A stretch of 32,000 nt of DNA from contig LXQD01000205.1 of NCBI GenBank assembly GCA_003326215.1, positions 65,301-97,300 on the forward strand, in the 5' to 3' direction. Position 1 is the first letter of the stretch, and every line of letters begins with the position of its first letter. The position numbers were made by a program, and so were the translations under genes. Below, one piece after another: positions 1 through 9,714 of the stretch. Origin of the DNA: Nostoc minutum NIES-26. GTDB lineage: Bacteria; Cyanobacteriota; Cyanobacteriia; Cyanobacteriales; Nostocaceae. The notes under the pieces are model-generated. The model worked only from the letters and a program-made list of their open reading frames with translations, was not told the DNA's origin and ran no database searches.

Positions 1-1
1 C

Positions 2-1465
2 GCAGGGGTAGTGGCTGTTCCGGCTTATCCACCCAAACAAAATCAAAAGCTTACCAGATTACAATCAATCATCACAGATGCCCAAGCAAAGGTAGCTCTA
101 ACTAATCAATCTCTGTTCGAGAATATTAAAGGACGCTTTGAACAAGATACAGAACTGGCAAAAATCCATTTACTTGCTACCGATAGCATTGCTGAGGAAT
201 TAGCCTCAGACTGGCGAAAACCGGAAGTTAACAGCAACACTTTAGCCTTTCTGCAATATACTTCGGGTTCTACTGGTACGCCCAAGGGAGTCATGGTCAG
301 TCATGGCAATCTGCTGCACAACTTGGAGTACATGAAGCAGGCATTTAATCTGACCCCTGACAGCGTATCTGTATCTTGGCTACCTGGTTTCCATGATATG
401 GGTCTGATCGATGGACATCTGCAACCTTTGTATACAGGGTTTAGGTGTATCCTGATGCCGCCTGCATCTTTTGTGCAGCGACCGATTCGATGGCTGCAAG
501 CAATTTCGCACTATAAAGCAACTCATTGCGGTAGTCCCAATTTCGGCTACGACCTCTGCGCCAGCAGCAATCTCACTCCAGAACAACTAGAATCTCTCGA
601 TTTAAGTCATTGGCATAATGCCTACAGTGGTGCTGAACCAGTTCGCAAAGAAACAATGGAGCGGTTTGCCGCTAAATTTCAAGCTTGTGGTTTTCACTCT
701 CACTTCTTCTACCCTTGCTATGGTTTGGCAGAGTCTACTTTGATGGTTTCAGGTGGCAACATCAAAGATGAACCGATTTACTGTCAAGTCGAGGCAGAAG
801 CACTCGAACAAAATCGGATTATCCCAGCTAATGCAGATACCAAAAATGTTAGATATTTGGTAGGGTGTGGGCACTCTTGGCTAGATGCGAAAATTGTCAT
901 TGCTAACCCAGAGACAATGACGCAATGTGCCCCTAGCGAAGTCGGAGAAATTTGGGTTTCTGGTTCCAGCGTGGCTCAAGGTTATTGGCAAAGACCAGAA
1001 GCAACAACACAAACATTTCAAGCATATCTGCAAGATGGAAGCGGCCCATTTCTCCGCACTGGTGATTTCGGATTTTTACAGGATAGTGAGTTGTTTGTCA
1101 CCGGACGCGTTAAGGACATGATTATTATCCGGGGTCGCAATCACTATCCCCAGGATATTGAATCGACGGTAGTGAAAAGTCATCCAGCTTTACGAATTGG
1201 TTTCGCGGCGGCTTTTTCTGTTGAATTAGATGGCGAAGAGCAACTCGTCGTTACTTCTGAGGTTGAGCGGACTGCCATTCGCAAACTGAATGTCGATGAA
1301 GTCGTGGCGGCTATCCGACAAGCGGTATCAGAAGAACACGAACTTCAAGTTTATGCTGTGGTGCTGTTGAAGCCTGCAAGTATTCCCAAAACTTCTAGCG
1401 GTAAAATTCAGCGTCATGCCTGTCGAACTAAGTTTCTAGAAGGAACGCTGGATGTTGTAGATATG
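2..1465 (+). other. Fatty acyl-AMP ligase (FAAL)-type adenylation domain, N-terminus missing
   Basis: AMP-binding motifs [55 protein letters not shown] and KTSSGKIQR are present. An ACP and KS follow directly, the typical FAAL loading architecture. Confidence 0.8.
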
Positions 1466-4400
1466 TGGCATTCCGCAAGTAGCCAACTTCCTAATGCAAA
1501 AGCAGAATCTTCTCGTCCTTTAAAGGCACTGAATAAACAGGCAGAAACTATTCAAGGTTGGTTGGTTGAGAAAATTTCACAGCAGCTAAAGATTGCACCT
1601 CAAACCATAGATGTTCAAGAACCTTTTGCACGCTACGGTTTGGATTCGCTGGCGGCGATGATGCTTTCCACGGAACTAGAAGATTGGTTGCGGTTGAGCC
1701 TTTCTCCGACTCTGATTTATGATTATCCTTCCATTGCCGCTTTGGCTGAACATTTAGCTGTGGTTGTTGAGAATTCCCAGCCAGAACCAGGGGAGCAGAG
1801 AATCTGGGGAGCGGGGGAGCTGGGGAGTGGGGGAGAATTCTCTAGTCTTTCTCCTAATCCTCAATCCTCAGATGCGATCGCAATTATTGGTATTGGCTGC
1901 CGTTTTCCAGGAGCAAAAGACCCGGAAGCCTTCTGGCAACTGCTGCAAAATGGTACTGATGCCATTGTAGAAGTACCGAGCGATCGCTGGGATATTCAGC
2001 AAGTTTACGATACCCAACCAGCGACACCAGGGAAGATGAACACTCGTTGGGGCGGATTCCTGGAAGATGTGGATCGATTTGATGCTGCTTTCTTTGGCAT
2101 CAGTCCCCGCGAAGCCGAAAGTATCGACCCGCAACAACGCCTAGTGCTAGAAGTCAGTTGGGAAGCGCTGGAAAATGCTGGCGTTGCCCCACAGCAATTA
2201 AAAGGCAGTCAAACTGGGGTATTTATCGGCATTAGCACCAACGATTATGCGCGGTTGCAGTTTAACCATCCTACCGGCACTGATGCTTACTTCGGTACTA
2301 GTTCGGCGTTCAGCATTACCGCTAATCGCTTATCTTACTTACTAGATTTGCGCGGGCCGAGTTGGGCAGTAGATACAGCTTGTTCTTCCTCACTAGTGGC
2401 GGTGCATCAAGCTTGCCAAAGTCTGCGTCAAGGAGAGTCGGAACTAGCTGTAGCTGGTGGAGTCAATCTCATCCTGACTCCCGAATTAACGATCGCATTT
2501 TCCCAAGCGCAAATGATGGCAGCAGATGGGCACTGCAAGACATTTGATGCTACTGCTAACGGTTACGTTCGCGGTGAAGGCTGCGGCGTTGTTATTCTGA
2601 AGCGCCTCAGTGATGCCCAGCGAGATGGAGACAATATTTTAGGAATCATTAGAGGTTCGGCTGTTAACCAAGATGGCCGCAGCAATGGATTGACAGCACC
2701 AAACGGCCCTTCCCAGCAAGCGGTTGTGCGTCAGGCTTTAGAAAAGGCGCAAGTACAACCCGCACAAATTAGCTATGTCGAAGCGCACGGTACTGGTACG
2801 CCGTTGGGAGATCCCATCGAGGTGAATTCTCTCAAAGAAGTGCTGACACAGGGAAGAACGCCGTCATGTTCTTGCTGGATTGGTTCGGTAAAAACTAATA
2901 TCGGTCATTTGGAAGCTGCATCGGGAATTGCCAGCTTGATTAAAGTGGTGCTGGCGTTACAGCATCAAGAGATTCCACCTCACTTACATTTGCAGCAGCT
3001 TAATCCTCACATCAAGTTAGAAGGCACTGGCTTGGCGATTCCCACTGAACGCCAGACATGGGCTGGAGAACGGCGATTTGCTGGTGTTAGTGCGTTTGGG
3101 TTTGGCGGGACTAATGCTCATGTGATTTTGGAAGAAAGTCAAAAAACGAACCACATAGACGCGTTAGCGGCTTCCCGCAGGGTAGGACGCAAAGTACACG
3201 GAGAAATGAGGGTTTCAGAGGGTTCTTGTGTAAGTAACGAGGAAGAATTTGAGCGTCCTAAGCATTTGCTGACTCTCTCGGCGAAGAGTGAAAAGGCGTT
3301 GAAGGAATTGGCACAGAAGTATGGGCAATTCTTAGCGGTCAATTCAGAAGTCGCTGTGGCTGATGTTTGTTTTACTAGTAACACGGGGCGATCGCATTTT
3401 GATTATCGTTTAGCAGCGATCGCTGAATCAACTGCACAGTTAAGCGAACAACTGAATGCTTTTGCCAATTCTCAACCAACTGCGGCGTTAGTTAGTCAGC
3501 CAGAAACCAACAAGCCTCGTAAAATCGCATTTCTCTTCACCGGACAAGGTTCTCAGTATCCTGGAATGGGACGGCAACTCTACGAAACTCAACCAGTTTT
3601 TCGCCGTACTCTGGAACGCTGTGATGAAATTCTCCGGGCTTATCTAGAGCAACCTCTACTGTCAGTTATTTACCCTGAGTCGAACACAAATTCAGTGTTA
3701 AATGAAACAGCATATACACAACCAGCTTTATTTGCCTTGGAATATGCTCTCTTTGAACTGTGGAAATCTTGGGGAATTGTCCCAGATATAGTTATCGGTC
3801 ACAGTGTCGGGGAATATGCTGCGGCTTGTGCTGCTGGGGTGTTCAGTTTAGAAGATGGGCTGAAGTTGATTGCCATCAGGGCAGGGTTGATGCAGGCATT
3901 GCCTCCCAATGGCATGATGGCGGCAGTATTGACTGATGAACAACGGGTGGTGGATGCGATGTCTGCGACGGGCTTTGCCAACGCTCCTTATGGTGCAACG
4001 GTATCTATTGCTACCGTGAATAGTCCGAATCAAATTGTGATTTCGGGAACCAAAGAAGCTGTGCAGGAAGTGCTGAAACAATTTGAGTCTCAGAAAATTT
4101 CTGCCAAAGCTTTGAGAGTTTCTCACGCTTTTCACTCTCCGTTGATGAACCCGATGCTAGAGTCTTTTGAAGAGATTGCCGCCTCTGTGAAGTTTAACGC
4201 GCCTAGTATTCCTTTGGTTTCCAATTTGACAGGCGAAATCCTTAGCAATCAAGACATTCCTGACGCGAATTATTGGTGTCGTCATATTCGAGAAGCGGTA
4301 AGATTTTCAGCCGGGATGGAGACGCTGCATCGTCAAGGTTATGACTTATTTCTGGAAATCGGCCCTAATTCTACGCTGTCAAATCTAGGAAAACAGTGTT

Positions 4401-7400
4401 TACCGAAAGGTGTAGGAACTTGGTTGACTTCTCTAACAAAAGAAGACAACTGGCAATCATTACTCAACAGTTTGGCAACACTATACACCCTTGGCGTAGA
4501 TGTGGATTGGTCTGGATTTGACCGAGACTTTACGCGCAGTAAGCTAGCACTCCCTACTTACCCGTTTCAGCGTCAACGTTTTTGGATTAAAACCGACGGA
4601 GGAAATAATACAAAATTGAATACTACAACAGACGAACTCGGCAAACAAAGCCAGAATTGGACATCTCAACAATACTTCTATGGCTGGCAATGGCAACCTC
4701 AGCAGCTAGTTGCAACGGGAGAGATTTCGCCTGGGGCTGTCCTCATCTTTAAGGACGCTCAAATGGTTGCCAAAAACCTTGAAAAGCTGTTTGATGCGGA
4801 AAAATACCCTGTCTACTTTGTCACTGCGGCTCAAAAGTTCCAACAAAAAACAGAACAACACTTCACTATCAATCCTGCTTCGCCGGAAGACTATGAAAAA
4901 CTCATTCAAGCTTTCAAACAGCAAGGTCTGACGATTACAGCTATCATCCACCTTTGGAATTACAATCAAGCTGCAATTTCAAGGTTGCCTGTAGATTCTC
5001 ACGATTCTGTACTGCAAGAAGGTATGTACAGCGTGTTGTATTTAGGACAAGCACTGGTCAAACATTACGCCAATTCTCCCATCAATTTACTGCTGTTAAC
5101 TCAGGGTGCTTATGTAACATCTGCAAATGAAACGCTTCAGGGTTTACACCAAGCGATGGGAGCAACCTTAGCCCAGACACTGACTCAAGAACACAATAAT
5201 ATTCAAGCAAAAGTAGTAGATATTACACCTGGGAGTGTCTCTTCAGAAACACTAGCTACAATTTTGTTCCAAGAGTTGCCAGCCAAACCTGACAAAGAAG
5301 GAATTGTAGTTATCCGCCAAGGACAACGATTTATTCGGATTTTTGAAAGAATGGAAATTCCGGCTGGTAAGGAATTTCGGCCAGTCTTAATACCCGGAGA
5401 TACTTGGTTAATTACTGGCGGTGTGAGTGATGTCGGGACAGAAATTGCTAAGGGAATGGTGAGTCGCGCACCGATTAATTTAGTACTAACTGGTCGTCAT
5501 CCCCTACCGCCAAAAGCAGAATGGCACTTGCATGATGGTGACAACAGCACTAGCAAACGCATCCGGATTATTCAAGACCTAGAGCGACTGGGAGCTACGG
5601 TACTGTACCACGCTGTAGATGCTACAGATGCCGAAGGAATGCAGCAGTTGATGGAAACTATCCGCGAGCGCTTCGGGCAATTACATGGAGTTATCCACGC
5701 TGCTGGGGTGCAGGATCAAACAAGATTCAAGCTGTTGCAAAAAACACCCGAAACAGTGGCGGAGGTACTTGCTCCGAAAGTTGAGGGAACCATTATCTTA
5801 GATAATGTCACCCAAGACGAACCTTTAAAATGTTTTGCTGTCATCTCCTCTGCTGCGGCATCAAAAGCTGAATGGGGAGCTAACTTAGGAGATTATGCAG
5901 CAGCTAATATTTTCCTGGATAACTATGCAACATACCGCGCCCAACGCGGTGCGCCAGGACATTCACTTGCGGTTAATTTCTCCTTGTGGCGCGACAAGGG
6001 AATGGCAAAAATTGGCGGACAGGCGTTAGTAATTTTAGCGAAAGTTAAAGGGTTGAAGCTTCTAGAAGTAGACCAAGCTGTAAATGCTTTTATTGAAGCT
6101 TTGTCCTTAGATGAGCCTGTAGTTCACATTGTAGATTTGCTGGAAAAAGATCGGGAGAGCAGAGGAGCAGAAAAGCAGAGGAGCAGAGGAGAGAAATTAC
6201 TGCAAGTTTCCCCTCCGCCCCCTATCCCCTCCGCCCCTCTGCCTCTTAAGATCCAACCCAAAACCCAAAATATCCGCCGCCTAGTTCTGGAAATATTAAG
6301 TAAATATCTAACGATTCCCCAAGAACAAATACAAGGATACAGGTCTTTTCAAGAGTTGGGATTAGATTCTCTAGGCGCTGTGGAAGCTATCAAACAGTTA
6401 AGTCTAACTTTCAAACACCAATTATCTCCGACACTTTTCTTCGAGTATCAAACGCCGGATGAACTAGCAGACTATTTAGAAAAACAGTATGGCGCATCTG
6501 CGATCGCACCTCCAGAAACGCCTGTAAACAAGCATGAAGAAGGCAGGAAACAGGAAGCCAGTACTCCTTCTGCCTCTCTTATCAAAAAGGAGACTCCAAC
6601 TAATTTGATGGTTCAACAATCAAACTTTAAAGCAATGGACGTTAAACAAGAAGATATTGCCATTATCGGCATGGCTTGTAAAATTCCAGGGGCTGACAAT
6701 TTAGAGCAATATTGGCAGTTTCTCACTGAAAAACGCTCCTTTATTAAAGAAGTTCCGAGCGATCGCTGGTTAATTGAGGATTACTATGAGGAGAATGGAA
6801 CAGCCCCGCATACGACCTATTGTAAGCGTGGTGGCTTTATCGAAAATCCCTTTGACTTTGACCCGATGTTCTTTGGCATTTCGCCACGGGAAGCCACGGC
6901 GATGGACCCACAACAACGGGTGTTTTTGGAAGTAGCTTGGCAAGCTTTACAACAAGCAGGTTACGGCGGCAAATACCGGACAAAAGATATCGCGGTAATC
7001 GTTGGTGGCGACCAAAATAACTATGTAGAACACTTCTTTAATTATCAGTACGGTACTGTACTCAAGCGGCGTTTGCACAAGACTTCTTGGTTTAAGCAAC
7101 TCACTCCTAGCGAACAGAAAAACTTACTCGATACGGTTTCAGATGTTCTCAAACCTAGCGAACTCCTCCCCGAAGCAACCGCTGGGAACGAGTTAAATCA
7201 AATTGCGGCGCGAGTTAGCCACTGCTTAGACCTGATGGGGCCAAGTTTAGAAGTAGGTACAGCTTGTTCCTCTTCTTTAGTGGCAATACACCTGGCTTGT
7301 GAGAGTATCCGGGCGGGCGATACTTGCATTGCGATCGCAGGTGGCGTTAACCTAAACCTCAGTCCTACTCCCTTTACTTTCCTCAGTCGCGTTCAAGCTT

Positions 7401-9259
7401 TTTCTCCCACAGGTGAATGTTTCCCATTCGATAGCCGCGCTAATGGCATGGTTGTCGGCGAAGGTACGGGCGCAGTTGTTCTTAAATCCTTACGCAAAGC
7501 CTTAGAAGATGGCGATTACATTCACGCTGTGCTTAAAGGTTCCGCCATTAACAACGACGGACATTCCCAAGGAATCACCGCCCCGAAACCTGAAGGTCAA
7601 GCTGAAGCGATTCGTAAGGCTTACAATAAGTTTGGCATCGACCCCGAAACCATCTCCTACATTGAAACTCACGGCACTGGCACAATGTTAGGCGATCCCG
7701 TAGAAGTCGAGGGCATCACCAAAGCTTTTCGTGATTTCACCGACCGTAAAGGTTTTTGCGGTATCGGTTCAGTCAAATCTTCTATCGGTCACTTAATGGC
7801 TGGTTCAGGTGTTATCAGCTTGATTAAAGTCGTACTCGCCATGCAAAACGGCAAAATTCCGCCAACAGTCGGCTTTGAAAAACCTAACCCCCATATCGAT
7901 TTTGCCAATACACCTTTATATGTAGTCGGTGGAGAAGGTAAACCTTGGACAAGTAATGGCGAATTGTTACGCGCCGGAGTCAACGGATTTGGATTTGGCG
8001 GCACAAATTGTCACCTAATTGTCGAACAATCTCCAATTTCACAATCTGCTAAATCCGCACAACAAACTTCCTCTCCTCATCTTTTGTGCTTAACTGGACG
8101 CAATCAAAAAGTTCTCAAAGAAATTGTCAAACAATTGCACGAGCATATTAGCAAACATCCAGAACAAGAATTATCAGAAATCTGCTTAACGCTCAGTAAT
8201 TCCCAACGCGAACTGTCTTATAAAGCGGCGTTAGTTGTGAATAATCGCCAACATTTGTTGGATTCCTTAAACGCCATTTTATCAGAGCAAAACCAGCCAA
8301 ACATTCAAATCAATCGTTCAAATCCCCAAAAAGCCACACCTACTTATCTAGTTTTGGATAGTAGCTGTACTTTAACACCAGAAGAAGCCAAAATATTAAG
8401 CGATCGCTATCCAGAATTCAGAAAAGCCTACGCTGATTGTGAATTCCTCTGGCGACGCACAATATCAACCTGGGATTTAAACAGTAACGCCGCCCTTTCA
8501 CAAAAAGCCCATACCTTTGCCGTACAGTATGCTTTGTGTAACTTGTTGATGTCTTTGCAACTTCAACCCACCGCTTTATTAACAGAAGGAGTCGGAATCT
8601 TAGTCGGAGCTTGTTTGACTGCGATGTTCTCTTTAAAAGAGGCATTCATCTTATTAGCGGAATTAGAAGGAAAGCAGATTAACAATTCTGTCGAAGAACC
8701 AAGATTAGAAGCTCCATTAGTAACAGTTTGGAATTCTCCCTTAGTAACCCCACTAGGAACTTACAAACCATCTGGTAAGTTCACCAAAACACAAATGCAA
8801 TCACTCGTACATGTTTCTGGTTCATTAAAAACCGAACATTGCCGAGAAACATGTAGTGAAGCCGGAGCTTATTTATATTTAGGAGAAGCAAACATCAGAC
8901 AGCAATTAAATATTGCAGACGATACACTTTGGATTCACTTCGAGAAAAATCAGCCAATCGCAAATTTCTTAACTGCGATCGCTCGATTGTACACCGCAGG
9001 AGTTCAGTTTAACAGCCTAGGTTTATTCCCCAAAGGACTGCGGAGAGTACCATTACCGACTTACCCATTCGAGCGAAAAACTTATAAAGCTCCAATTGAC
9101 TATAGCGAACCGGAACTACAACAAGCTTTAGAACTTGAAGGTTTGCTACTCATAGAACACCTAGCAGCACTATCGCCAGAACAGCGACAATCTAGCTACA
9201 AAGCTTTACTTGAAGAATTCGGATTCACTGCTAAAACGGTTGAGAATACGAATAATTAG
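2..9259 (+). CDS. Type I polyketide synthase, 5'-truncated at the window edge: FAAL-ACP-KS-AT-KR-ACP-KS-(decayed AT)-C-terminal tail
   Basis: A 3082-aa ORF stays open to the window edge, with no stop in frame upstream of nt 11. Domain motifs are listed in the sub-features below. No DH, ER, MT or TE motifs were seen. Confidence 0.95.
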   Translation, partial: AGVVAVPAYPPKQNQKLTRLQSIITDAQAKVALTNQSLFENIKGRFEQDTELAKIHLLATDSIAEELASDWRKPEVNSNTLAFLQYTSGSTGTPKGVMVSHGNLLHNLEYMKQAFNLTPDSVSVSWLPGFHDMGLIDGHLQPLYTGFRCILMPPASFVQRPIRWLQAISHYKATHCGSPNFGYDLCASSNLTPEQLESLDLSHWHNAYSGAEPVRKETMERFAAKFQACGFHSHFFYPCYGLAESTLMVSGGNIKDEPIYCQVEAEALEQNRIIPANADTKNVRYLVGCGHSWLDAKIVIANPETMTQCAPSEVGEIWVSGSSVAQGYWQRPEATTQTFQAYLQDGSGPFLRTGDFGFLQDSELFVTGRVKDMIIIRGRNHYPQDIESTVVKSHPALRIGFAAAFSVELDGEEQLVVTSEVERTAIRKLNVDEVVAAIRQAVSEEHELQVYAVVLLKPASIPKTSSGKIQRHACRTKFLEGTLDVVDMWHSASSQLPNAKAESSRPLKALNKQAETIQGWLVEKISQQLKIAPQTIDVQEPFARYGLDSLAAMMLSTELEDWLRLSLSPTLIYDYPSIAALAEHLAVVVENSQPEPGEQRIWGAGELGSGGEFSSLSPNPQSSDAIAIIGIGCRFPGAKDPEAFWQLLQNGTDAIVEVPSDRWDIQQVYDTQPATPGKMNTRWGGFLEDVDRFDAAFFGISPREAESIDPQQRLVLEVSWEALENAGVAPQQLKGSQTGVFIGISTNDYARLQFNHPTGTDAYFGTSSAFSITANRLSYLLDLRGPSWAVDTACSSSLVAVHQACQSLRQGESELAVAGGVNLILTPELTIAFSQAQMMAADGHCKTFDATANGYVRGEGCGVVILKRLSDAQRDGDNILGIIRGSAVNQDGRSNGLTAPNGPSQQAVVRQALEKAQVQPAQISYVEAHGTGTPLGDPIEVNSLKEVLTQGRTPSCSCWIGSVKTNIGHLEAASGIASLIKVVLALQHQEIPPHLHLQQLNPHIKLEGTGLAIPTERQTWAGERRFAGVSAFGFGGTNAHVILEESQKTNHIDALAASRRVGRKVHGEMRVSEGSCVSNEEEFERPKHLLTLSAKSEKALKELAQKYGQFLAVNSEVAVADVCFTSNTGRSHFDYRLAAIAESTAQLSEQLNAFANSQPTAALVSQPETNKPRKIAFLFTGQGSQYPGMGRQLYETQPVFRRTLERCDEILRAYLEQPLLSVIYPESNTNSVLNETAYTQPALFALEYALFELWKSWGIVPDIVIGHSVGEYAAACAAGVFSLEDGLKLIAIRAGLMQALPPNGMMAAVLTDEQRVVDAMSATGFANAPYGATVSIATVNSPNQIVISGTKEAVQEVLKQFESQKISAKALRVSHAFHSPLMNPMLESFEEIAASVKFNAPSIPLVSNLTGEILSNQDIPDANYWCRHIREAVRFSAGMETLHRQGYDLFLEIGPNSTLSNLGKQCLPKGVGTWLTSLTKEDNWQSLLNSLATLYTLGVDVDWSGFDRDFTRSKLALPTYPFQRQRFWIKTDGGNNTKLNTTTDELGKQSQNWTSQQYFYGWQWQPQQLVATGEISPGAVLIFKDAQMVAKNLEKLFDAEKYPVYFVTAAQKFQQKTEQHFTINPASPEDYEKLIQAFKQQGLTITAIIHLWNYNQAAISRLPVDSHDSVLQEGMYSVLYLGQALVKHYANSPINLLLLTQGAYVTSANETLQGLHQAMGATLAQTLTQEHNNIQAKVVDITPGSVSSETLATILFQELPAKPDKEGIVVIRQGQRFIRIFERMEIPAGKEFRPVLIPGDTWLITGGVSDVGTEIAKGMVSRAPINLVLTGRHPLPPKAEWHLHDGDNSTSKRIRIIQDLERLGATVLYHAVDATDAEGMQQLMETIRERFGQLHGVIHAAGVQDQTRFKLLQKTPETVAEVLAPKVEGTIILDNVTQDEPLKCFAVISSAAASKAEWGANLGDYAAANIFLDNYATYRAQRGAPGHSLAVNFSLWRDKGMAKIGGQALVILAKVKGLKLLEVDQAVNAFIEALSLDEPVVHIVDLLEKDRESRGAEKQRSRGEKLLQVSPPPPIPSAPLPLKIQPKTQNIRRLVLEILSKYLTIPQEQIQGYRSFQELGLDSLGAVEAIKQLSLTFKHQLSPTLFFEYQTPDELADYLEKQYGASAIAPPETPVNKHEEGRKQEASTPSASLIKKETPTNLMVQQSNFKAMDVKQEDIAIIGMACKIPGADNLEQYWQFLTEKRSFIKEVPSDRWLIEDYYEENGTAPHTTYCKRGGFIENPFDFDPMFFGISPREATAMDPQQRVFLEVAWQALQQAGYGGKYRTKDIAVIVGGDQNNYVEHFFNYQYGTVLKRRLHKTSWFKQLTPSEQKNLLDTVSDVLKPSELLPEATAGNELNQIAARVSHCLDLMGPSLEVGTACSSSLVAIHLACESIRAGDTCIAIAGGVNLNLSPTPFTFLSRVQAFSPTGECFPFDSRANGMVVGEGTGAVVLKSLRKALEDGDYIHAVLKGSAINNDGHSQGITAPKPEGQAEAIRKAYNKFGIDPETISYIETHGTGTMLGDPVEVEGITKAFRDFTDRKGFCGIGSVKSSIGHLMAGSGVISLIKVVLAMQNGKIPPTVGFEKPNPHIDFANTPLYVVGGEGKPWTSNGELLRAGVNGFGFGGTNCHLIVEQSPISQSAKSAQQTSSPHLLCLTGRNQKVLKEIVKQLHEHISKHPEQELSEICLTLSNSQRELSYKAALVVNNRQHLLDSLNAILSEQNQPNIQINRSNPQKATPTYLVLDSSCTLTPEEAKILSDRYPEFRKAYADCEFLWRRTISTWDLNSNAALSQKAHTFAVQYALCNLLMSLQLQPTALLTEGVGILVGACLTAMFSLKEAFILLAELEGKQINNSVEEPRLEAPLVTVWNSPLVTPLGTYKPSGKFTKTQMQSLVHVSGSLKTEHCRETCSEAGAYLYLGEANIRQQLNIADDTLWIHFEKNQPIANFLTAIARLYTAGVQFNSLGLFPKGLRRVPLPTYPFERKTYKAPIDYSEPELQQALELEGLLLIEHLAALSPEQRQSSYKALLEEFGFTAKTVENTNN
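1538..1765 (+). other. ACP domain 1
   Basis: Motif [18 protein letters not shown], with the phosphopantetheine Ser codon tcg at 1646-1648. Confidence 0.85.
1769..1840 (+). repeat. STRR-like GGGGAGN heptamer block flanked by GAGAATTC direct repeats, in frame in the ACP1-KS1 linker
   Basis: The block gagaattc...ctggggagcgggggagctggggagtgggggagaattc encodes [17 protein letters not shown]. Confidence 0.7.
1871..3139 (+). other. Ketosynthase domain 1 (C-H-H intact)
   Basis: Motifs [27 protein letters not shown] (Cys codon 2381-2383), [29 protein letters not shown] and [14 protein letters not shown]. Confidence 0.95.
3155..3194 (+). repeat. Dispersed repeat family B (TAGACGCG..GGCTTCCCG.AGGGTA), in frame in the KS1-AT linker
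   Basis: atagacgcgttagcggcttcccgcagggtaggacgcaaag matches the copies at 15910-15942 and 18102-18133 (reverse orientation). Confidence 0.75.
3521..4405 (+). other. Acyltransferase domain, malonyl-CoA-type signature
   Basis: Motifs [23 protein letters not shown] (Ser codon 3803-3805) and HAFH (4124-4135). HAFH is the classical malonyl-specific signature, as opposed to YASH. Confidence 0.9.
4688..6145 (+). other. Ketoreductase region (structural psi-KR plus catalytic KR)
   Basis: Rossmann motif [17 protein letters not shown] starts near 5399. Also present are HAAGV, APKVEGT and [21 protein letters not shown] (catalytic S/Y/N region). No HxxxGxxxxP DH motif lies between the AT and KR. Confidence 0.8.
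6153..6245 (+). repeat. Inverted purine/pyrimidine heptamer arrays (GCAGAGG... / ...CCCCTCCG, CCTCTGC), in frame in the KR-ACP2 linker
   Basis: The left arm is gggagagcagaggagcagaaaagcagaggagcagaggagag and the right arm is cccctccgccccctatcccctccgcccctctgcctc. Together they encode [32 protein letters not shown]. Confidence 0.7.
6263..6490 (+). other. ACP domain 2
   Basis: Motif [18 protein letters not shown], with the Ser codon tct at 6368-6370. Confidence 0.85.
6650..8029 (+). other. Ketosynthase domain 2 (C-H-H intact, ~40-aa insertion upstream of the active-site Cys)
   Basis: Motifs [27 protein letters not shown] (Cys codon 7265-7267), [29 protein letters not shown] and [14 protein letters not shown]. 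The segment between the GxxxG strand and the Cys is about 91 aa, against about 53 aa in KS1. The extra sequence lies at about 7010-7204. Confidence 0.9.
8078..9085 (+). other. Decayed acyltransferase-like region (AT0), active-site motifs lost
   Basis: The region is collinear with the KS-AT linker and AT of module 1 and ends in the same post-AT motif ([11 protein letters not shown] vs [12 protein letters not shown]). GQGSQ is replaced by DSSCT (8357-8371), GHSxG by TEGVG (about 8582), and no HAFH/YASH motif is present. It is about 130 aa shorter than module 1. Confidence 0.7.
9098..9256 (+). other. C-terminal helical tail, possible docking element
   Basis: About 55 aa follow the post-AT motif ([41 protein letters not shown]) and look amphipathic and helical. 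The assignment rests on position only. Confidence 0.3.
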
Positions 9260-9290
9260 TTCTCTTGCTCAATAGGTTTTTCTTTATCCT

Positions 9291-9399
9291 GTGCCCTCTG
9301 CGTCTACCGAAGTTTGCTCAACGGGGGGGAACCCCCGCACGCAACTTCTCTCTGTGGTTTATAAATTATTTAACCACAGAGGCACAGAGAACACAGAGA
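9291..9399. repeat. Composite of dispersed Nostoc-type repeats in the PKS-NRPS intergenic region
   Basis: gtgccctctgcgtctac resembles 18082-18100. caacgggggggaaccccc resembles 30118-30135. A 10-bp perfect hairpin ctctgtggtt/aaccacagag lies at 9350-9381, followed by three CACAGAG units at 9374-9399. Confidence 0.7.
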
Positions 9400-9459
9400 G
9401 AACAAAGGCTAGTTTTTAGGACTTTTGAATAAACATTTACTAGTATTTATTGGAGCATT

Positions 9460-9714
9460 ATGAGTCTTAACAGTTTACAACTACAAATCTTCACTTTCGT
9501 TGCTAAAATCACAGGACACGATGTAGAAGACTTAGAACCAGATATGTATCTGGAAAGCGATATGGGATTAGACTCTATCAAAATGGTAGAGCTACTCAAC
9601 ACCTTTATTCAAATGGTTCCACAGGAAAAACAAGCTGAATTTTTGCAAGTTGTACCCATGGAACAACTAATGCAACTCCAAACTTTAGCAGAAGTTCTAC
9701 AACTCGGTCAAACT
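9460..9714 (+). other. N-terminal carrier protein domain (probable ACP of the split PKS module 2)
   Basis: Motif SDMGLDSIKMVELLNTF, with the Ser codon tct at 9574-9576. The domain starts at residue 1, leaving no room for an N-terminal docking domain. Confidence 0.8.

Noticed and set aside
4600-5390. A possible DH, MT or other domain between the AT and the KR Rossmann fold in the PKS.
   Set aside because: No HxxxGxxxxP (DH) or SAM-binding motif was seen. The length (about 260 aa) and position fit the structural psi-KR subdomain.
106-8645. About 13 short ORFs (60-95 aa, both strands) listed inside the PKS gene, for example 106-294(-), 1868-2137(-), 3848-4135(-) and 7789-8004(-).
   Set aside because: All lie entirely within a 9.2-kb ORF that has continuous domain motifs. 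They have no motifs of their own and are typical alternate-frame noise.
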